A stretch of DNA of 28,128 nt from Catajapyx aquilonaris (Eukaryota). The position numbers and the translations under genes are program-made. Shown here in pieces: positions 20,801 through 28,128 of this stretch. The DNA lies in assembly GCA_000934665.2 (NCBI GenBank), contig KZ538263.1, forward strand, positions 62,001 through 90,128. The letters are read 5' to 3'. Position 1 is the first letter of the stretch, and each line of letters opens with the position of its first letter. Under the pieces are notes generated by a model. It was not told the origin of the DNA and did no database searches. It saw only the letters and a list, made by a program, of their open reading frames with translations.

Positions 20801-23800
20801 TCCAGTGCGCTCAAGCACGCTCCAAGGCGCTCTTCCACCTCCACCGCGCCCAGCAACCGCGACTGCAGCGACCAATCAGCGTCCACGAAATGTCCGCTCG
20901 CGCTCACAAACCGCTCGCCGGTAACGGACACCCACATGTCGACAGTAACGCACACGTGCTGCACAGTCGACATATCATAATGCAATATCTGTCTTTCCTC
21001 ATCAGCCAGCGACGTCAGCAGCCATGACACCGTCGCACTTGACGGCGGTTGGTATCTCGGTACCGCAACTCTCAGCATACTCACAAACCCCCGACCTTCA
21101 ACGATACTAATCGGCTGCAAATCGCGGGCTACGAACTTTGCAATCTCATGCGTAATGTCCATCGCGTGTTTGGTGTTGACCTGCTGCGTCTTCTGCTGCG
21201 TTGTTGCTGCTGCAGAGTGACACGGCACCAGCGCCGGGCATCTCGCAATATGCACATTCAAATTGGTGGTATTGCCGCAGTACGTCACGCGTTTACCGCA
21301 ACTGCGACACCACACGGCTGTCCTGTCCGATGGGGTGCCATCCTCCTTGACCTCGAACCCAAAGTGTTTCCACACATCGCTCCTCAGGTTGGACGGTGTC
21401 ACCAGCTTCCTCTCCATCGCGACAAGGAAACAACAAACACGCCGTACAGCAAGCTCCGACCACACTGAAGTTTTCCCCGGTATTAAAGAGAATATTTCAA
21501 GCTCCGGACAAATCGATGCGTAGTTCTATCGATTATCGAAAACCAGTCCAGGATTGGATAATCGATGTATCGTATGCAGCTGGAGTGAGGCCATGAGAGG
21601 AACCCACAGGAGGGGAGGACACAGTACGGTCGATCAGAAACGGATAATCACCTGCTCTGCAACGCTTCTAGCAATCCATATGCTTAAAACTGGGACACTA
21701 CCGCCCTACACATAGAACTGGCTAGGCGTGACTCTGTCCCTACACATGAGCTGACTCATCACCTAGGTGCATGTAGTTATCACTTTCCCAGTAGAGGAAC
21801 GGTGTCTGGAAATCTACTTACAAACTGACAAGGTTTTCCCACTGGAATGACTAAACGATACAAACTCATGTGAGGTGGCCATTGCGCCTCGGTTAGCAAC
21901 AGGTTCACTCTCTATAGCAGCTATACCAGTGTGGAGCGGCATTCACTAGTCATCGTCATCATCATCATCACCATCACGACATTTCCATATAATGGGTAGT
22001 CCGCGATGACGGAAGCCACAAGCATTCACCCATTCACTAGTAAACTTACTAAACAGCAACCAACAGCAGTGCAACGTCCCGCAAACCAATGGCAGCCTGC
22101 ACTTGCTAGGGTCACACTCAGTGGTCACCTTCTTGGCCGCCACCACTGGACGTTGACCGCCTTCCTCGCTCCCCATTCTAACAGCACTAAAAATCCTCAC
22201 CGCCTTGAACACCTCTCAACGACTGAGCAAAGAGATGCTTTGGTCCAAACTCTTCTTCTTTCCCCCCCACCTCATCTCCCCTCCCATGCAGCCTCCCTGT
22301 CCCCAAACAAACTCGGTAATTTTGGACGCCAGGGGGCATGAGTCACTAGAGTTTCTTTGCAGACGCCCCGCAGACTAAAAATGGGAGGAGGTGATGCTGA
22401 TGCTGCCTCATCCCTAGGAGATGCCCCAAAGCACGGCCAGGGCCAACACTCTCCTATAAAGCTCCACATTGCTCTCAACGGCCTCACGTAAATGAGTCTG
22501 CTTAAATACTGTAAATAAACATAATTACATTTACATTTCTTCACAGCATTAGTTCCCAGAGAACGGTAGCCAGTGGTGTCCCGGTATTACCTGACCACCT
22601 CGTTAAGACCGACATAATGACACCTCCATTACAAATAAATATATTACAGATAATACATAACACAAAATAAAATAAATTATCATTAGATTCATGGGGGTGC
22701 ACCTCCCTGTGCAGATGCAATCCGGAAGAAAGGTGAACGTCCTAGGTGAGTCATCTTGTACCCCAAAAACAGATCAGGTGGATTGGCGGAGAAGGGGCTC
22801 GTGGCCAGCAGAAGAGACGCCATCCTCACTGTCGCGTGTAATCAAAGCTCGCGTTTCAACATGGGGAGTTTTTTTATTCTTGCAGATCCTCCACAGTGAT
22901 GAGTCAAAGAAGAATTTTTAGAGTGGTCTAGGTCACAGTGTTCGGTGGGAAAAGTGGCTTTAAATGAGAGTCTGACTCAGCGTCGCACACTGTTTACACA
23001 CAGGCTTATACTCTGGGTGAAGACAAATTCAACTTATTCTCTACATATGCTAGAGAGAGAAAAAAATTGCAATTGAAATCACGCTCGAAATATTTCTGGC
23101 ACTTTTTTTGGGGTAACTAACGTAATGCCCTTCTCTGCGGGGTATCATCATGTGATATACGTTCTTGGCGCACCGATGCGCACTAATGCTGTGGGTCATG
23201 GGAGCAGTCCAGAACCAACTGGGTGAGTCACCACGATATGTATGTTGGCAAGCCGGTTCAGTGACACAGAAATGGCCTCTATATAATGCAAGTCAACATA
23301 CTGCGCCTTCAAGTGTTACATCAATCAGGAGAACCAAGCAGAAGTAAATAAGAGCACTGAAATTCAATGGCTCAAAAAAAATATGACATTGGATGCCCAC
23401 GTATATCCTCTTCGGATTCCACTCTTCTTTCGGGTGATGAGGTGAAGCGTTATGCCAAAAACCTTGCATGTCCCTCAATACCCCTCACTCATATATGAGT
23501 GGTACTGCCCAACTTTCTGCGGCAGTCCAAAACAGTGGCGCAAGAGTCCTGTTTGACAGGCACCTGGCTAAAGATAAGCCAGGGACCAGGCAACAGGCCA
23601 GACCGTGGTGTCTCCCTAGTCCTTCTGACTCAGCCTCTTCAGCCATCGCCCTTACACCTAATCTAGCTTCCTTTTTTTTCCCTTCACTCTTTTGTAGGAA
23701 CAGCAAGGTAAAAATGAAGCAATCCCTATAGTAACTCATGACTAATTAAGCCGCCAAATTCTGCCAATGGTATATAATTGTCCTGTGTCTGTGGCGTCAG

Positions 23801-24736
23801 CTCAAGTATTAACACGAAGTAGTGTATTGACTTTGGAACACGCTGCTTTATTCAACGGTCACATGACAGTAGCGAGAAAAATGTGAAGGTTGAGTGTTCC
23901 TGAATAGAAAGGTTTCATTCATTAGAGTGAGGCTAAAATGTATCACGCAGACCCGGAAGTCAAAAAAAAATTTCCTCTGTTCCATGTACGAAGTATGAAC
24001 ACATCGATGAAATTGACCTGGTTGCAATTCCTGAATGATTAATAATACAACAACAACAACATCACGACATTTCCCTATGAGGGGTAGTCAGCGATGAAGG
24101 GAGATGCAAGCTAACCCAACATATGAACTAATAAAACTCATGAGAAAGAACCTAAAAACATCCTGTCCCACCCCCCACCCCTGCCCACCTCAGACATCAC
24201 CTTATCCTCAGACATATTTACCTATTTACCCATTAATTAACCTACGCCATTTACACCTATCCAAACAAACAACCCTAGCCTCAGCCACGTCCATGGTCCT
24301 ATTGACACAAGAACGTCTCGGCTTAACACTAGCAACACCCTTAAGACACTGACCCACCAATAATAACCGCAATTAAAAAGGTCCTACCCTATTCAACGTA
24401 AATTGGCAGAAACCATCTTGCACACTGAATAATTGGTGAGCATAGTGTGTACTACTATACATCAAACAATGTTTTCAAACTGATGGGCTTGAATAAATCA
24501 TGCAAGAATACATGCAAAACAATCATTCCTACCTGTCGAGGACAGATCTGACATTGAGGGATGGTCATAACTTCGGCCTAGATCCTTCAAATTGTAGAGT
24601 GACTGAGAAGAAGCAGCTCCAACCCAGCTAAGCGTCGATGCTTCCAGTGCCGGTGTGTCGTTTTCTCTACCAAGGTGACCGTGACATATGGCAGCCATGT
24701 CTGCCGGTGAACCGTACGAGACTGTTCTTCGGTGTC
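17852..24736 (-). CDS. MAP3K7: TGF-beta-activated kinase 1 (TAK1), C-terminal exons including the TAB2/3-binding coiled coil; kinase exons not seen and presumably right of the window
   Basis: Exons 24736-24533 (GHRRTVSYG..., compare vertebrate GHRKTASFG), 18669-18545 (AYLMLDPQLHPISPSINCEESMRIFEEHKR), 18283-18122 (MAQEYLKVQTELALL...) and 18064-17852 (LKRQLEIIKSAQQKRQ...GWVMVQRS*). Phases are consistent and the sequence matches the TAK1 C-terminus AYLTLDHQLQP...MAQEYMKVQTEIALL...QLEVIRSQQQKRQ. Confidence 0.9.
19180..19438 (+). mobile_element. Non-autonomous Helitron-like fragment
   Basis: Starts near TC...TATATAAAGCGGAATGTTTGTTGGTATGT, contains CTGAAACTTGGCACAC and ends CTAG|T at 19434-19438. 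This layout resembles arthropod Lep1/DINE-like Helitrons, recognised by eye only. Confidence 0.5.
19510..19744. repeat. Tandem array: about 8 copies of TGTCCCGTCTCC(C)GAG(C/T)CGTGAC in alternating ~29/26-bp units (about 55-bp dimer x4)
   Basis: Read directly from the sequence; it begins immediately after the ZBED-like stop codon. Confidence 0.9.
19747..21417 (-). CDS. ZBED1/DREF-like BED zinc finger, hAT transposase-derived protein (556 aa from ATG), nested in a TAK1 intron
   Basis: Uninterrupted GC-rich ORF. It contains a BED finger (SDVWKHF..CRSC..GNTTNLNVHIARC), DLQPISIVEGRGF, TVDMW, CAGH (CxxH), QWHST, AMDTRFK, a KKKRK NLS-like stretch and the hATC dimerisation domain (WWKMNETKYPNVARIARKYLCVTATSVPSSRLFS). 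Confidence 0.92.
   Translation of the reverse strand: MERKLVTPSNLRSDVWKHFGFEVKEDGTPSDRTAVWCRSCGKRVTYCGNTTNLNVHIARCPALVPCHSAAATTQQKTQQVNTKHAMDITHEIAKFVARDLQPISIVEGRGFVSMLRVAVPRYQPPSSATVSWLLTSLADEERQILHYDMSTVQHVCVTVDMWVSVTGERFVSASGHFVDADWSLQSRLLGAVEVEERLGACLSALEERWGLAGKVVAYVTSSPIDNEAVPCAGHIIRDSVCAAMDETVADTLKKGRLIVAQLTKNQQALERSQQRYGLASTKLQKDVPQQWHSTRTMLQSLCVHSKAVNATLEEASSDLRLDETDQAQMEAIVSALEPLAEAMTCLGDESYISGSVVLTIFHKLTKTLVDKGDHECVRDLKRKVVDAIASSMQRMELYRKCSAMDTRFKALKFLTQPERNKVWSQLYDEVLRIAKGSEPRAAEDNNKKKRKWLLDDSDSEDDDEAHETHEAARYRQENKTELDPMRWWKMNETKYPNVARIARKYLCVTATSVPSSRLFSVGGSVVTNNRARLPAGEVNDLLFLHSAFKEKEATRV
21752..23632. promoter_or_regulatory. Cluster of seven AP-1 consensus (TGASTCA) sites in the TAK1 intron
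   Basis: Exact TGACTCA/TGAGTCA at 21752, 22339, 22747, 22900, 22973, 23224 and 23626. Confidence 0.5.
21950..22330 (-). mobile_element. Retroposon fragment sharing its 3' tail with the RTE copy at 24.1 kb
   Basis: 21972-22023 (CATCACGACATTTCCATATAATGGGTAGTCCGCGATGA...) resembles 24060-24111 and has a (TGA)n tail. The 5' boundary is uncertain. Confidence 0.5.
24048..24400 (-). mobile_element. 3' fragment of an RTE-clade non-LTR retrotransposon
   Basis: Minus strand reads ...VKPRRSCVNRTMDVAEARVVCLDRCKWRRLING* (stop 24228-24226), similar to the RTE C-terminus RRACMKRLMDVxEAxxVCxDRxxW. It is followed by a short 3' UTR and a (TTG)n tail. Confidence 0.7.
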
Positions 24737-27301
24737 CTGAAACAACATTGCAAAATTCTCTGAACCTCGGAACAATCCACATGCTCAGAATATTTTTAAA
24801 AGCTTACCAAGGCCAACACACAAACTGAACCTATGCCATGGTTCGAAAATAATTGAATGTGAGAATTGAGTTCACCACAGGCATTTTGGTCAGATAACAT
24901 TTGGAACGACACACAATTTATGTGTGCGGCCAATCAACACTTTACTAACTCAATGGAAATGAACAAATTCCATGCAAAAAACACAATAAAATACTGCCCA
25001 TACAACCTAAATAAGGCAAATATTATCCATTGTGGACAGTATTTTTGGTCCTCGCACCAGATTTTCAATGTATTTCTGTCATGTACAGTATAATAATTTA
25101 AACCTACTCAGGAAGGGAATTTTTTTAAATGGAACAGAACAATTCGACTATTCACAGGTTTCAGTACATTACACAATAACTGATTTTTTCCGCTCCGAGT
25201 ATTATGTCAGAAACACTTAGTGATGCTTAGTCACCATGTTGAAGCTGTATTGGTAAATGGGTGTGTGATGCAACTCGTTGCATAATTTTGCTTGGAACAA
25301 AGTTTCCCATGGACTGACATTAATTATTCTTAAAAATCTACATGCACTCATGCTTAATTTAAGTCCGAAGAAACTTATTACTTTTTGTTCTTTATTCCGC
25401 ACATTAGCATACTCCCAAGTAAACACGTCCAGGGCAAAAACTCGTAGGGAAGGTATTCAGGCAGGTGAATCCATTCTTAGAAAGAAAAAAAAGGCAGCTC
25501 CAGTGCGACACCCCTTTGCTTCAATTTATGATGTTGCCGAGAATGAAGAAAACACGGCTCTTGTGCATGGTGAATCATGCCACAGGGATGCTACAAGAAT
25601 CCAACTTGGCTGGCTTTCTCTATCTTTGCACAGATTAGGTAGAGGCTCGTTACTGGCAGTCCACGTCTTATGCCGCCTGTGCCAACTCTCCACTGTTGGG
25701 TCAAGCCATGACTGCACTTGTGCTTCCGAAAGTCTGAGGTGCCAAATGCTATTTGTGCATCAGCTTTTTCTGGTACTGCTTCCTACTCAACAATTCTGGT
25801 CATTTTCCTTTCTGGCAGCGGTATCGCTCAAAAAAGTGGAAACACAGTGCATGTTTCAGAAGAGGGTAGCAACCTGCCGTATTAATCGTTCTTCTACAGA
25901 TTTGTAACCTACGTATGAAATCATGCAACTGAAAAGTCAATTGCGATGGAAAAGGCAAATTTTCACGACATGTATAGCGTAGTTATAAAGCACACTTACA
26001 ATTTAATAGAGCCCACTTTCCTGCCGCAACAAAAGAATTACTTTCAAAATGTGACGGTCTGGACGACAATTATAGAAGTGCATGAAAACTCATCTCTCCC
26101 AATACAAATCTGTTGGACATGCCTATATTTGCACATTCACCTTACTGATGAGTCAACGAATGACTATTATAATATTTCCTTCACACTCACAAAGGTCGGC
26201 AAAGTTGAATAGTGAGTAGGTAAAGGACCGCACAGAACTGAATGCAGCAGGCAGTCATATTTTGTCATGTGGCAATGAAGACCTGCCAAGAATTCAAAAT
26301 ATGTCAAAGCCAAGATTCCTTCATTGACACGGTACTATTACAGGCATCACTAATGTTTTCCTTTGAGAACCCAACACTACTGTACCAAATTATGTGGACA
26401 TAGATGAACACAGGCTCTTTCTAAAACGCTCTTAATATATTGTGCGATGTCATGTTTTTTCCTCACTTTATGCCAAGCAAAAATAATTCTAAGCATATGA
26501 ATTGCGAATGTTAATTTGTGATCGTAATCAAGAGGCATTTCACTAATCCTTTTATAGCATTTTCTTCTTGCTGATTCAGCTGCAATTCAATTTTAGAGGT
26601 GACAATCTTCACATGTACCGGTACATGCTTATGAATGGCGTGGATTCACGTTTACATTGTGCTGGATTTTATACATTAGGATTGGAACAGACCTGCTAGA
26701 TTTTAACAAGAATATATTGAGCACTTATTGGCTTTCCTAGCACAATGTATGCAGCCTTTTTTTTTTTTACATATCCACAAATATCCAGCAAGCAATATAA
26801 CTTACAGTATACTCTAGTATTTGCAACATATTTTGAAATTGAGAAAAAGGTAAGTGTCAATGCCTATTTTAAGAGCTTATTTAGGACTTTCTGTAGCCTT
26901 TTTTGGAATTCATAGGACCTGAAACATCAGGGATAGAGTCATAACATATTAACATTTTCGAATAGAGCAGCTTCCATTATTTTCCAAAAATCACACAAAG
27001 TGAATTTCAGTTCAAAGCTACATTGTTATTCAAGAACATTATTAGTGGCGACCGATCTTACTTGATTACGTTCGAATAAATGGCAATCCTTCAATTTCGA
27101 AAACTAAATCAGTCAATAATACTAATCACACTACATAATCACTACAGGGTGGGTTGTCATGTGTCTAGTCAATGATTACACTAGCAGGTGGAAGGCCCAT
27201 TCGTAAGAAACACCCTGTGTAATTAAACACAATTAATACAGAATTACCTCCAAAGGGTCTAGGGCCTATTGGCAGGGTCAACCCTTCAAGGCCCTATCTA
27301 A

Positions 27302-27782
27302 GTATTATCTCGAACATAAAGCGGCATGCCGGTGTAGTCAAGGTTGACCAGAGTTTAGACAGTCATCATCTGGTGGCTATACCGGCATGCTGGTCTAAGT
27401 GAGGTATGCCGGCATGAGTCGAGGTTTTCACTACATTTGCCTTTCATAACTTGCTATTTAATTCCTGAAAGAAAAATCCATGAAAAGGCTCATTTTCCTA
27501 ATCTAATATCGTATGCAGTATGTTCTTTTCTCTGCACTGTTCAACAGAATTTGCATATTCTCCCACCACAGTACACTTGCCCATTTTTCACTGTAACATT
27601 ACTTGAGTAGGGTACTAGAAGCATTTCATTGAAAAATGACAAGGATCAAAATTAAGGACACGTACCTCTGTTATTGCGGCATGCCGGTCACCCCTGGGTT
27701 ATACCGGCATGCTGGTCGACCTCATTTTATACAGGCATTTATACCATTTCATACCGGCCGCTTTATGTGAGGTAATACAGTA
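27302..27782. mobile_element. TIR element (MITE-like) with internal CCGGCATGC repeats
   Basis: Ends GTATTATCTCGAACATAAAGCGGC and GCCGCTTTATGTGAGGTAATAC are an imperfect inverted pair. 27371-27412 is the exact reverse complement of 1258-1299. Confidence 0.6.
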
Positions 27783-28035
27783 CAACATATAATTTATTAA
27801 CATATAATTAACATAAGCAATCAAATACGGACAGCCTTCTGCTCTTGGCCATAATTAAAAGTGTCTGCACTGCATGACAAAAATACATTGAAAATCCTCT
27901 GCTGGGATCAAACCAATATTATGCATAATTACACAAGTTTACCTGGAATCCTGAGTTCACTGCACTCACACATTTCAGAACTTAGCCCATACTGTAGCCA
28001 TACAAATCTTACGAACACTCATTTGCCACACTTAA

Positions 28036-28128
28036 GGGCGCACGGTCACGACGATTTTTCCCACTCGCGGAGGGCAAGTTTGGCCGAGGGACGGGTGCTG
28101 CGTTGTGTTCGCACCGCCGGCGTAGCCG
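28036..28128. mobile_element. Probable start of a GC-rich TTAA-flanked DNA transposon, truncated by the window edge
   Basis: Abrupt switch to CpG-rich sequence immediately after TTAA (28032-28035), beginning GGGCGCACGG. The other end is not visible. Confidence 0.3.

Noticed and set aside
19772..21523. Several long plus-strand ORFs
   Set aside because: Antisense shadows of the GC-rich ZBED ORF with no recognisable motifs.
23485..23739. MAEEAESEG... as an alternative first TAK1 exon
   Set aside because: The only nearby donor (AG|gtgcct) is weak and phase 2, incompatible with the phase-1 downstream exon.
25278..25907. 209-aa plus-strand ORF
   Set aside because: Non-ATG start, no motif, intronic antisense location and non-coding-like composition.

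Overview
Intron-containing eukaryotic DNA from an invertebrate animal, plausibly an arthropod (inference from the TAK1 tail and repeat types). All recognisable genes are on the minus strand. From right to left they are: the 3' exons of TAK1/MAP3K7; an intact, single-exon BED-finger hAT-transposase-derived (ZBED-like) ORF nested in a TAK1 intron; CDC26/APC12; an uncharacterised 10-exon gene (~465 aa); an EPHX3/4-like epoxide hydrolase; and the 5' part of SRRM1/SRm160, which runs off the left edge. Introns carry many MITE-like hairpins, a Helitron-like fragment, RTE-LINE tails and two minisatellites. The most interesting region is the TAK1 intron at 18670-24532. The nested transposase ORF is intact but has lost DDE catalytic residues and has a splice acceptor in phase with the upstream TAK1 exon. 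It is flanked by DRE-like motifs and a repeat array. The same intron holds a dense AP-1 motif cluster and a candidate kinase-less TAK1 start exon. Exon structures were derived by hand from GT-AG sites and phase continuity; no database search was run.
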